Shown piece after piece: positions 1 through 8,487 of a stretch of DNA of 64,000 nt. The notes beneath the pieces were generated by a model. The model ran no database searches and was not told the DNA's origin. It saw only the letters and a list, made by a program, of their open reading frames with translations. Numbering within the stretch: the first letter of the stretch is position 1; every line of letters starts with the position of its first letter. This stretch comes from Myxococcota bacterium (GTDB lineage: Bacteria > Myxococcota_A > UBA9160 > UBA6930): assembly GCA_965223705.1 (NCBI GenBank), contig OZ245015.1:3136001-3200000 (forward strand), written 5' to 3'. The position numbers and the translations under genes are program-made.

Positions 1-618
1 GAAGCCGGCGAGAAACAAGCGGCGGCGATCGGCGGTCGCTACCTCCACCACGACGTCACGAGCGAGAGCGACTGGCAACGCGTGGTCGAAGAGGTCTTGT
101 CGGCTCACGGAAGGGTCGACGTCCTGATCAACAACGCCGGCATCTTCCAAGCCGCCTCGCTCGAAGGAACGACGCTACCCGATTGGGAACGCATGATCGC
201 GGTCAATCAGACCGGAGTCTTCCTCGGTATGCGAGCCGTGGCGCCGCCGATGAAGGAACAGCAGTCGGGATCGATCGTGAACATCTCGTCGGTCGCAGGC
301 CTGGAGGGACAGCCGCAAACCATGGCCTACAGCGCGACGAAATGGGCCGTGCGCGGCATGACGAAAGTCGCCGCCGCGGAACTCGGGCGACACAACGTTC
401 GCGTGAATTCGATCCATCCCGGGCTGATCGATACGGAGATGCTTCAGGAGATCCCGTGGATCAAGGCCGGCAAGAAGGATCGAATCGTGCGCGGTATCCC
501 GATGCGGCGCGACGCGCGACCGGACGAAGTCGCGAACCTGGCGCTCTTCTTGGCTTCCGATGAATCTTCGTACTGCACCAGCAGCGAGTTCGTCGTCGAT
601 GGTGGCGTACACCGCTGA
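1..618 (+). CDS. Short-chain dehydrogenase/reductase (SDR), 5'-truncated by window edge
   Basis: Frame open from base 1 (EAGEKQAAAIGG...); NNAG, NISS, YSATK (YxxxK), IHPG, VDGG motifs. Confidence 0.92.
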   Translation, partial: EAGEKQAAAIGGRYLHHDVTSESDWQRVVEEVLSAHGRVDVLINNAGIFQAASLEGTTLPDWERMIAVNQTGVFLGMRAVAPPMKEQQSGSIVNISSVAGLEGQPQTMAYSATKWAVRGMTKVAAAELGRHNVRVNSIHPGLIDTEMLQEIPWIKAGKKDRIVRGIPMRRDARPDEVANLALFLASDESSYCTSSEFVVDGGVHR

Positions 619-1464
619 CTACTCTCGGAACGTGACCTCATCCGAGAGGTTCAGGTCCATTCGAGGTGCCTGGGTCGGCTGGAGACAGCCGTCGTAGCTC
701 TGCCCTCGCACGAGGGTCATCCCGAATTCGTCGATGGTGGCCTCGTGCGTCATCGTGCAGCGCGCGCTGCACGCGTGCATCGTCAAGACGCGGCGGTGGC
801 CGTCAGTCGTGTTGCTTCCCGTCTTGTGCCACAGACGCGAGTGAAAGAACACGGCGTCTCCAGCGGCCACTTCGAGGGAGACGGCGTCGGGGTGTGCATC
901 CGCGTCGGGAATCCCGTACGCCCGCGCATTCGTGAGCTCTTCGGGCATCGCGTGCTCGAGGACCGGTCCGCGGTGCGAACCGGGAACGACGGTCAGGCCC
1001 CCGTTCGCCGCGCTCGTGTCGTCGAGCGGAACCCAGATTCCGACGATGCGATCGTCGGGCCCGAACGGGAAGTAGTAGGCGTCCTGGTGGAACGGGTGGA
1101 CACTCGGCACTCTCTTCGGCTTGTAGATGAACATCAGCAGGAACGCGAAGATGTCGGGCCCGATCAAACTCTCGGCGACATCGAGCACGCCGTCCGTCGT
1201 CAGGAACTCCCGGAACGTCGCGTCGAACCGATCGGGGTTCAGGATCTTCCACATCCCGTCCTCGATGTCGGCGGGCTCGGGTACCAGGCCTTTCGCCACG
1301 CGGATGTCGCGCATCAGCCGGCTTCGGGCGACGTCGGGCACGTCTCCGTGCACAACCTCGCGCGCCCGCGCGCGGTAGCGCTCGATCGCGTCTGAGGAGA
1401 GGACTCCCGGAACCACGATGTAGCCCTGTTCTCGATAGGTGGCGCGAAGCGACTCGTCCGTCAT
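619..1464 (-). CDS. Phytanoyl-CoA dioxygenase (PhyH) family Fe(II)/2-oxoglutarate dioxygenase
   Basis: YREQGYIVV start, HQD (HxD), WVPLDD...NGGL.VVPGSH, distal H (WHKT) and RR. Confidence 0.9.
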   Translation of the reverse strand: MTDESLRATYREQGYIVVPGVLSSDAIERYRARAREVVHGDVPDVARSRLMRDIRVAKGLVPEPADIEDGMWKILNPDRFDATFREFLTTDGVLDVAESLIGPDIFAFLLMFIYKPKRVPSVHPFHQDAYYFPFGPDDRIVGIWVPLDDTSAANGGLTVVPGSHRGPVLEHAMPEELTNARAYGIPDADAHPDAVSLEVAAGDAVFFHSRLWHKTGSNTTDGHRRVLTMHACSARCTMTHEATIDEFGMTLVRGQSYDGCLQPTQAPRMDLNLSDEVTFRE

Positions 1465-1510
1465 CGCTCCTCAAGGTAGGCCTATTTTTCCCTTGGGGCA
1501 GCGCCCTCGT

Positions 1511-1516
1511 TATAAT
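1511..1516 (+). promoter_or_regulatory. Putative sigma70 -10 element for the aor gene
   Basis: Perfect TATAAT in a GC-rich intergenic gap about 30 bp before the ATG at 1546; -35 match is poor. Confidence 0.45.
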
Positions 1517-1545
1517 TCGGCGAACCCGCAACCGAGGGAGCACTC

Positions 1546-3360
1546 ATGGAACTCGCGAAGTTTGGCGATCGCATCGGCCACGTCGACCTGACCCAGGGAA
1601 CGTGTGAAACACGTCCCGCACCGACGGAATGGGTCCGCCAGTACATCGGGGGACGCGGTCTGGGCGTGCGCTACGTCCTCGAAGCGGGAGCCGACGTCGA
1701 TGCGTTCTCGCCGGAAAACCCGCTGTGCTTCATCAACGGTCCGCTGTCGGGGTCTGAGCTCAACATGAGCGGTCGCTGGGCGTGCGTAACGAAGTCGCCC
1801 CTCACAGGGACCGTGACCGACAGCCACCAAGGCGGCTGGACCGCGGCGCGGGTCCGCTGGGCGGGGTTTGACGGCTTGGTGTTTACCGGGCGCGCGGACG
1901 GGCCCGTGTACGCGTTCGTCGAGGACGGCGAAATCTCGCTGTGCGACGCGACGGACGTATGGGGCAAGGACATTCACGAGACCGTCGCATTCTTTCAGGA
2001 ACGCTACGGCGAAAAAGATCTCTCGGTATGCGCCATCGGCCGGGCGGGAGAAACACGTTCGCGCTTCGCCGCTTGGGTCAATGAAGACGACCGCGCGTTC
2101 GGACGGGGCGGCACCGGCGCCGTCGGCGGAAGCAAGAACCTGAAGGCGATCGTGATTCGCGCGAAGCGCCAAAAGAGCCAGGTGGCGGACGAGCAAGCCT
2201 TCCGCGAGGTCCGCACGGCCGCACTCGACGCGATTCGCGACGAAGCACATATCACGAGCCCGAAGAAGGGCGGCCTCTCGGTGTACGGGACGAACGTCTT
2301 GATGAACGTTACGAACACCATCGGCGCCCTCGGCACGCGCAACAGTCAGCTGACATCCTTCGGAGACAAGGCGGAAGGCATCAGCGGCGAGTTCGTCACG
2401 GACAACCTGCTCACCGGGAATCCGACCTGCCACGCGTGTCCGGTGGCGTGCAAGAAGGAAGTCGAGATCAAAGAGGGCCCTCACAAGGGCCTCCGCATGG
2501 AGAGTATCGAGTACGAATCGGCCTGGGCCCTGGGCGCGAATTGCGACAACCCGGACATCGGATCGATCGCCAAGTTGATCGATCAGTGCAACGACTATGG
2601 TCTCGATCCGATCGAGCTCGGCGGTGTCTTCTCGGCGTTCATGGAAGCTACGGAAACCGGCCAGACCAACGGCGAGTCGCTCTCCTGGGGCGATCACGCG
2701 TCGATGGTCGCCATGACCGAGCGCATCGCGACACGCGACGGCATCGGCGACATCCTGGCCGAGGGCGCGACCCGGGTGGCCGAACACTTTGGCAACGCCG
2801 ATCTCGCGATGGCGGTCAAAGGCCAGGCGATTCCCGCGTACGATCCGCGGGGCTTGAAAGGCATGGGGCTCGGCTACGCCACGAGCAACCGAGGTGCGTG
2901 TCATTTGCGCGGCTACACCGCTGCGGCAGAGCTCGGCGTCCTCGACATGGGTCTCGACCCGGTGGAGTGGCGTGGTAAGGGCGAACTGCTGAAGACCTTC
3001 CAGGACTTGGCCGCGTTCGCTGACAGCCTCGATCTTTGCAAGTTCAGTTCCTTCGCCGAAGATGCGGAGCTCTACGCGCGACAGTACGCAGTTGCCATGG
3101 GCGTCGACTTCTCAATGGATGACGTGATGACCGCCGGCGAGCGCATCTACAACCTCGAGCGGCACTACAACAATCTGGCGGGCTTCGGCGAGGGCTCGGA
3201 CACCCTCCCCAAGCGTTTCACGGAAGAGCCGTCGACCTTCGGCGGTTCCAAAGGACACGTGGCGGAACTCGACGACATGCTCGGCGAATACTATGCCGCG
3301 CGCGGCTGGGAACGGGGTGTCGTGCCCGACGCGAAGCTCAAAGAGCTCGGTGTCGTGTAA
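1546..3360 (+). CDS. aor: Aldehyde:ferredoxin oxidoreductase (tungstopterin AOR family)
   Basis: YIGGRGLG, TKSPLTG, GRGGTGAVGGSKNLKAI, CHACPVAC (4Fe-4S), EYE, YDPRG, RGACH, DSLDLC. Confidence 0.95.
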   Translation: MELAKFGDRIGHVDLTQGTCETRPAPTEWVRQYIGGRGLGVRYVLEAGADVDAFSPENPLCFINGPLSGSELNMSGRWACVTKSPLTGTVTDSHQGGWTAARVRWAGFDGLVFTGRADGPVYAFVEDGEISLCDATDVWGKDIHETVAFFQERYGEKDLSVCAIGRAGETRSRFAAWVNEDDRAFGRGGTGAVGGSKNLKAIVIRAKRQKSQVADEQAFREVRTAALDAIRDEAHITSPKKGGLSVYGTNVLMNVTNTIGALGTRNSQLTSFGDKAEGISGEFVTDNLLTGNPTCHACPVACKKEVEIKEGPHKGLRMESIEYESAWALGANCDNPDIGSIAKLIDQCNDYGLDPIELGGVFSAFMEATETGQTNGESLSWGDHASMVAMTERIATRDGIGDILAEGATRVAEHFGNADLAMAVKGQAIPAYDPRGLKGMGLGYATSNRGACHLRGYTAAAELGVLDMGLDPVEWRGKGELLKTFQDLAAFADSLDLCKFSSFAEDAELYARQYAVAMGVDFSMDDVMTAGERIYNLERHYNNLAGFGEGSDTLPKRFTEEPSTFGGSKGHVAELDDMLGEYYAARGWERGVVPDAKLKELGVV

Positions 3361-3372
3361 CGTTCGGACCCG

Positions 3373-3651
3373 TTAGCCGCCCGCCACCGCCGGGAAGAAA
3401 TCGATGGCGTCCGTCTCGCGCAGTGGCGACGCGAGGCCCTTCGGTAAGTGCACGACGCCTCGCCCGTTCACGAAAACGTGGACGTAGCGCGAGAGCTTCC
3501 CGTCGTCATCGAGCATCAACGGAACGAGATCGGGAAACGTCGCGAGGACGCGCTCAAGGAGATCTCCAACGGTATCCCCGGGCTCGCACGGGATGTCCGC
3601 CGTCTTTCGACCGACGGCGTGCCGCAAGGTGGCGAAGAAGTTGACCTGCAC
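3373..3651 (-). CDS. MoaD/ThiS/SAMP-like ubiquitin-fold sulfur carrier
   Basis: GTG start at 3651 (VQVNFFATLR), FVNGR, C-terminal FPAVAGG diglycine; 92 aa. The longer ORF extension overlaps the neighbouring gene. Confidence 0.88.
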   Translation of the reverse strand: MQVNFFATLRHAVGRKTADIPCEPGDTVGDLLERVLATFPDLVPLMLDDDGKLSRYVHVFVNGRGVVHLPKGLASPLRETDAIDFFPAVAGG

Positions 3652-3667
3652 AGCCGGAACATAGCGG

Positions 3668-5290
3668 CTACGCCGAGAGAGCTGCGGCTCCAGACGGCGC
3701 GTAGGGCTTCTGTGCGGCGAAGGTCTCGGCGGATGCCGCTTCCCACGCGCCGCGGAGCCCTGCGGGCGGCCGCCCCGCCAACAGCGAGCCGGGCTCAACC
3801 GAGTCGTAGTGATCTTCGAAGCTCTCGACACCGCGGGTTCCCAGGCGGCGCAGGATATGCCGCGGGGTGAGCTCCGACGGATGGGTGAGACCCGCCGCCG
3901 CGATGAGCTCGAGCGCCGCGTGGACGGTCTGCCGCTGATAGCGCGCCACACGGTCCGTCTTGTGGCCTACGTCGAGCCCGACCACGAGCTGTGGATCTTG
4001 AGTCGCCACCCCGACCGGACAGCGGTTGTTGTTGCAGTGGCGCGCCTGGATGCAACCGAGTGCGAGCATCATCGCCCTCGCCGAGTAACAGAAATCGGCT
4101 CCCAGGGACAACATCCGTACGATTCCGAAACCGGTGGCGATCTTCCCCGAGGCGACCAGTCGCACGCGTTCCCGCAAACCCGTTGCAACGAGCGCTTGGT
4201 GAACGAACACCAGCGCATCGGTGAGCGGCGTCCCCAAGCTGTTCGAGAACTCTGCAGGGGCCGCGCCGGTTCCACCCTCTGCGCCATCTACCGTGATGTA
4301 GTCGGGGTGGTGCCCTGTCTCCACCATCGCGCGGCACATCGCCATGAACTCGTGGCGTTCTCCGAGACACAGCTTGATCCCGATCGGCTTGCCGGACACC
4401 TGCCGGAGGGAACCGAGCCAGTGCATGAGCTCCCGCGGCGTCGCAAAGGTGGTGTGGGCGGGGGGTGAGAGAACATCTCGACCGAGGGGGACACCGCGTA
4501 TCTCGGCGATCTCGGGCGTGATCTTCTCAGCCGGCAGGATGCCGCCATGGCCGGGTTTCGCCCCTTGAGACAACTTGATCTCCACCATTTTCACGGGCTC
4601 CGTCGTCGCCCGGCTCGCGAAAGCATCGAGATCGAAACGCCCCTCGTCGTCGCGACAACCGAAGTAGCCCGTGCCGACCTGCCAGATCAGGTCGCCACCG
4701 TGTAGGTGGTGCGGGCTGATGCCACCCTCGCCTGTGCAGTGCGCGAACTTCCCCTCGGCCGCACCGCGATTGAGCGCTTCGATCGCGCGACTCGACAAGG
4801 CGCCGTAGCTCATGGCCGAAACATTGAGGAGTGACGCCGCGTAAGGAGCTTCGCAGGTGGACTCCCCCACCGTGACACGCGGAGGTTCGGCCGGGACTTT
4901 CGCCGGCGCGAGGGAGTGGTTGATCCATTCGTGACCCGGTTCGTAGACGTCACGCTGGGTCCCGAAGGGCAGCGTGTCTTGCGCCCCCTTTGCGCGCTGG
5001 TAGACGAGAGAACGTTCTTCGCGGTTGAAGGGACGGCCGTCGATGTTCGACTCGACGAAGTACTGCTGAATCTCGGGGCGAATCGCTTCCATCAAGTAGC
5101 GACCGCGACCGAGGAGCGGAAAGTTCCTCCGAACGGCTTTCTTCTTTTGGAGCATGTCTTCGAGCCCCAGCGCGATCACCGGGCCGAGGACGGCGAACCC
5201 CCAGAGTGCGGCCGGCCACAGCAACGCCAGCCCGGCGAGGGAGACTGTCAAAAACAACGAAAGCAGAAGAAACGCGCGACGCACCGACAT
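3668..5290 (-). CDS. FMN-binding glutamate synthase family protein (stand-alone, N-terminal membrane anchor)
   Basis: SAMSYGALS, TGEGG, EIKLSQGAKPGHGGILP, DGAEGGTGAAP, CIQARHCNNNRC (3Fe-4S). Confidence 0.92.
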   Translation of the reverse strand: MSVRRAFLLLSLFLTVSLAGLALLWPAALWGFAVLGPVIALGLEDMLQKKKAVRRNFPLLGRGRYLMEAIRPEIQQYFVESNIDGRPFNREERSLVYQRAKGAQDTLPFGTQRDVYEPGHEWINHSLAPAKVPAEPPRVTVGESTCEAPYAASLLNVSAMSYGALSSRAIEALNRGAAEGKFAHCTGEGGISPHHLHGGDLIWQVGTGYFGCRDDEGRFDLDAFASRATTEPVKMVEIKLSQGAKPGHGGILPAEKITPEIAEIRGVPLGRDVLSPPAHTTFATPRELMHWLGSLRQVSGKPIGIKLCLGERHEFMAMCRAMVETGHHPDYITVDGAEGGTGAAPAEFSNSLGTPLTDALVFVHQALVATGLRERVRLVASGKIATGFGIVRMLSLGADFCYSARAMMLALGCIQARHCNNNRCPVGVATQDPQLVVGLDVGHKTDRVARYQRQTVHAALELIAAAGLTHPSELTPRHILRRLGTRGVESFEDHYDSVEPGSLLAGRPPAGLRGAWEAASAETFAAQKPYAPSGAAALSA

Positions 5291-5389
5291 GCGGACTACG
5301 TCGACGTCTCGCGGGACGCGCTTTACAGAACTCGGGCAGTCGTGCGACGCTAAACTGGCCGATTACGTGAAACCCCTGAGGATCTTGCG

Positions 5390-6401
5390 ATGAACCGAGT
5401 AGCGCCCCGAGTCTTTTCACTGGGTCCGTGCACGTTGCAATCCGGTGTCACGCTGCCCGACGCACAGCTGACTTATGCCACGTACGGAACCCTGTCGGCG
5501 GAACGCGACAACGCGATCCTCCACCCGACTTGGTACGGAGGCAGGCATTGGGACGTCGAGTGGTTGTTCACGAAGGAAGGCATCGACCTCGACCGCTATT
5601 TCGTGGTCGTCCCCAACCTGTTCGGAAACGGGCAGTCTTCTTCCCCGAGCAACACGAACGCGCCGTGGAACGCCGGCCGCTTTCCTCTCGTAAGCCTCTA
5701 CGACAACGTGCGGTTCCAACACCGCTTGCTGACCGAAGAACTCGAGATCTCGCGTCTCAAGCTCGTTCTCGGCTGGTCCATGGCGGCGATGCAGACTTTC
5801 CAGTGGGGCTGCCTCTACCCGGAAATGGTGGAGGCGATCGCTCCCACTTGCGGGGCCGCTCGGTGCTCTCCCCACAACGCGGTGATGCTCGGCGGGCTGC
5901 GAGCGGCGTTGACCGCGGATCGCGATTTCCAAGACGGCTGGTACAAGGAGCAGCCGGAGCGCGGCATTCGCGCGATGGCTCGGGTCTATGCGGGCTGGGG
6001 CACGAGCCAGGCGTTTTTCCGAGAAGGTGCCTACCGCGCGTTGGGCTTCGAGTCGGTCGAAGACTTCGTCGTGGGTCTGTGGGAAGCCTATCTCCTCTCC
6101 CACGACGCGAATGACTTGCTCGCGATGATGAACACGTGGGCCGACGGCGATATCAGCAACAACCCGGTCTTCGAAGGTGATTTCGATCGGGCTCTGGGCG
6201 CGATCGAAGCCCGCGCCATGGTGATGCCCGGGGAGACCGATTTGTACTTCCCCCCGGAAGACTCTGCGTACGAAGTCGCGCAGCATGCCCAACGCGGAAC
6301 TGCGGCCCTTTCCTTCGATCTACGGACACTTCGCGGCAAGTTGGTTGAACCCGCCGGACATGGCGTTCTACCGAAAGGCGATTCGCGAACTCCTTTCGTA
6401 G
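5390..6401 (+). pseudogene. Homoserine O-acetyltransferase-like alpha/beta hydrolase with +1 frameshift near 6284 (true lesion or sequencing error)
   Basis: LTYATYGTL, GNGQSSSPSN, GWSMAA nucleophile elbow, TDLYFPP. Family-like C-terminus MPNAELRPFPSIYGHFAA...ELLS* lies in the +1 frame (6285-6401). Confidence 0.75.
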
Positions 6402-6438
6402 GGAACTAGCTCGTCGAGAGGCGGGGTGTTAATCTCAT

Positions 6439-6454
6439 CTCGAGAATTCTCGAG
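6439..6454. promoter_or_regulatory. Perfect 16-bp palindrome CTCGAGAATTCTCGAG, candidate operator
   Basis: Lies just after an extended -10-like TGTTAATCT (6427-6435) and overlaps the SD (GAGGAG) of the next gene. Confidence 0.4.
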
Positions 6455-6464
6455 GAGAAGCCCT

Positions 6465-7289
6465 TTGGCCAGTGAGCGCGATGTCGACGCCGTTTTCAAC
6501 TACCTGGATCCCGAAGGCAATCGACCGGCCTACTACCTCTATACGCCGAAGGACAGGCCGAAACCGCGGCGGCCCAAGACCAGCCCCCACGCGATGCGAG
6601 TGACCGACGCGCGTCGTGTTCGCGACACGCTGTCGCTCGATCGAGAAGGTGTCGAACTCACGCAGCAGGAGAGCCGCGTCCGCGACTTCTACGATCCGCA
6701 AGACGTCGTCGACACGTACTACCCCGAAGTCGAAGCACTCGTTCTGGAGAGCACCGGCGCGTCGCGCGTACTGGTGTTCGATCACAATGTGCGCTGTGGC
6801 CCGAAAGCCGAGGCGAAGCAGCCCGGTGTCAGCGCGCCGGTCACGTTCGTCCACAACGACTACACCGAGAGCTCCGGCCCGCAACGCGTCCGCGATCTCG
6901 TCGGCGGAGAGGAAGCGGAGCGCCTGCTCAGGCACCCCTTTGCCGTCGTCAACGTGTGGCGGCCCATCCACCACACGGTGCGGGACACGCCGCTTGCGGT
7001 GTGCGATGCCGAGTCCATCGAGCAAGACGACTTCATCCCGACCGACCTCGTCTACGCGGACCGAAAAGGCGAGATCTACTCGGTGCGCTACCAGGCACGA
7101 CACCGCTGGTTTTTCGTGTCGGACATGGAGCCGACCGATGTCATGCTGCTCAAGTGCTACGACTCGGAAGCCGATCGCGCGCGATTCACGGCACACTCGG
7201 CTTTCGAGGATCCGACAGCGCCTCCCGACGCCGCGCCGCGCGAGAGCATTGAGGCCAGAACGCTGGTCTTCTACGCACCCGCCGCGTGA
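6465..7289 (+). CDS. CmcJ/NvfI/AsaB-family oxidoreductase (probable Fe/2OG-type)
   Basis: YYPEVE, VFDHNVR, VHNDYT, NVWRPI..PLAVCD, LKCYDS, TAHSAF, RESIEAR; TTG start after GAGGAG. Confidence 0.85.
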   Translation: MASERDVDAVFNYLDPEGNRPAYYLYTPKDRPKPRRPKTSPHAMRVTDARRVRDTLSLDREGVELTQQESRVRDFYDPQDVVDTYYPEVEALVLESTGASRVLVFDHNVRCGPKAEAKQPGVSAPVTFVHNDYTESSGPQRVRDLVGGEEAERLLRHPFAVVNVWRPIHHTVRDTPLAVCDAESIEQDDFIPTDLVYADRKGEIYSVRYQARHRWFFVSDMEPTDVMLLKCYDSEADRARFTAHSAFEDPTAPPDAAPRESIEARTLVFYAPAA

Positions 7290-8020
7290 TTCCCGTCCTC
7301 GTGCTCGGCGCGGGGCTCGGCATGATGCTGGTCGAGCGTCTCATCGGGGCCCGACGGTGGCCGGTCGTGCCGCACTGGTGGCCGCGCGCGCTCGCCCTGA
7401 ACGGGGTCCAGGGAATCGCCGCGTTTGTCGGACCCTATGCCTGGGATCGTTGGTGGCCCCGCTCGGTCGAAGGACCGTTCGCATCCCTGGGACTCGTCGG
7501 TGAAGCGGTCGTCGGCTACTTGGCGATCACGTTCATCTACTACTGGTGGCACCGCACCCGGCACGCCGTTCCGTTCCTGTGGCGGTGGTTCCATCAGGTC
7601 CACCACAGTCCGGCTCGCATCGAGATCATCACGAGCTTCTACAAGCATCCGTTCGAGATCGTGACCAACGCCCTCCTCTCGAGCGCGATCCTCTACGTGC
7701 TCGTCGGCACGCGGCCCGAAGCCGCGGCCCTTGCGGTGATGGCGACGGGCCTCGCAGAGTTCTTCTACCACTGGAACGTCGCGACACCCCGCTGGCTCGG
7801 TTACTTCGTGCAGCGACCCGAGAGCCACTGCGTACACCACCAACGCGGGCTGCACGACAAGAACTACGCGGACTTGCCGATCTGGGACATGCTGTTCGGC
7901 ACATTCCAGAATCCACGCGCGTGGACAGCGACCTGCGGACTCGGCATCGAGAACGAACTTCGTTTGGGTGACATGCTTCGCGGACGCCTCCTCGAGGACG
8001 CCCCCGGCGCGAACCCATGA
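7286..8020 (+). CDS. Sterol desaturase / fatty acid hydroxylase family membrane di-iron protein
   Basis: His boxes WWHRTRH, FHQVHHS, FYHWN, HCVHH; NY...WDMLFGT; GTGA overlap with the upstream gene. Confidence 0.9.
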   Translation: MIPVLVLGAGLGMMLVERLIGARRWPVVPHWWPRALALNGVQGIAAFVGPYAWDRWWPRSVEGPFASLGLVGEAVVGYLAITFIYYWWHRTRHAVPFLWRWFHQVHHSPARIEIITSFYKHPFEIVTNALLSSAILYVLVGTRPEAAALAVMATGLAEFFYHWNVATPRWLGYFVQRPESHCVHHQRGLHDKNYADLPIWDMLFGTFQNPRAWTATCGLGIENELRLGDMLRGRLLEDAPGANP

Positions 8021-8487
8021 GGTGGTGGCTTCTTCTCTTGCTCGGCTTGATCCAGATGGCGGCGGATCTCGCGGGTGTCGTGCCGCTGCGAGGGCTTGCG
8101 GCGAGTACGAACGCCTCGCCGGCACCGCGGGTCTTCTCGGCGCGGGACGGTCTCGAGACCTTTTCGACGCGATTCTTCTTGGAGTTCGATGCGGAGGGCG
8201 AGCGCGAAACCATGGCACTGACGCCCGAGCGCTACGCGCGCATACGCGGACCGTACAACCGGAGGAACGCGTACGGGGCGGCCGTCGCCTACGGCCCGAT
8301 CCTCGCCGCTTCCGAGCGGACACGCGCGCTGTTTCGGGATATCTCCCGCTTCGCGCTGTGCGGTGATAGCCCACTCCTTCGAGAACTCGGGCTACCGACC
8401 GATCACCGCAACCTCACGGTTGTCTTGGAGCCCAAGGCCGGAACGCCCGCCGAGATCGACCGCCGGCTCGACCCGAGGTGCCTGTGA
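8017..8487 (+). CDS. Hypothetical protein with N-terminal hydrophobic anchor (possible HTTM partner)
   Basis: ATGA overlap upstream and TGATG overlap downstream; hydrophobic N-terminus; ASPAPRVF and GPYNRRNAYG segments. Confidence 0.75.
   Translation: MRWWLLLLLGLIQMAADLAGVVPLRGLAASTNASPAPRVFSARDGLETFSTRFFLEFDAEGERETMALTPERYARIRGPYNRRNAYGAAVAYGPILAASERTRALFRDISRFALCGDSPLLRELGLPTDHRNLTVVLEPKAGTPAEIDRRLDPRCL

Noticed and set aside
1465..1545. Moco/Wco riboswitch upstream of aor
   Set aside because: The gap is only about 80 bp, shared with a divergent gene, and the putative -10 leaves a leader too short for the element
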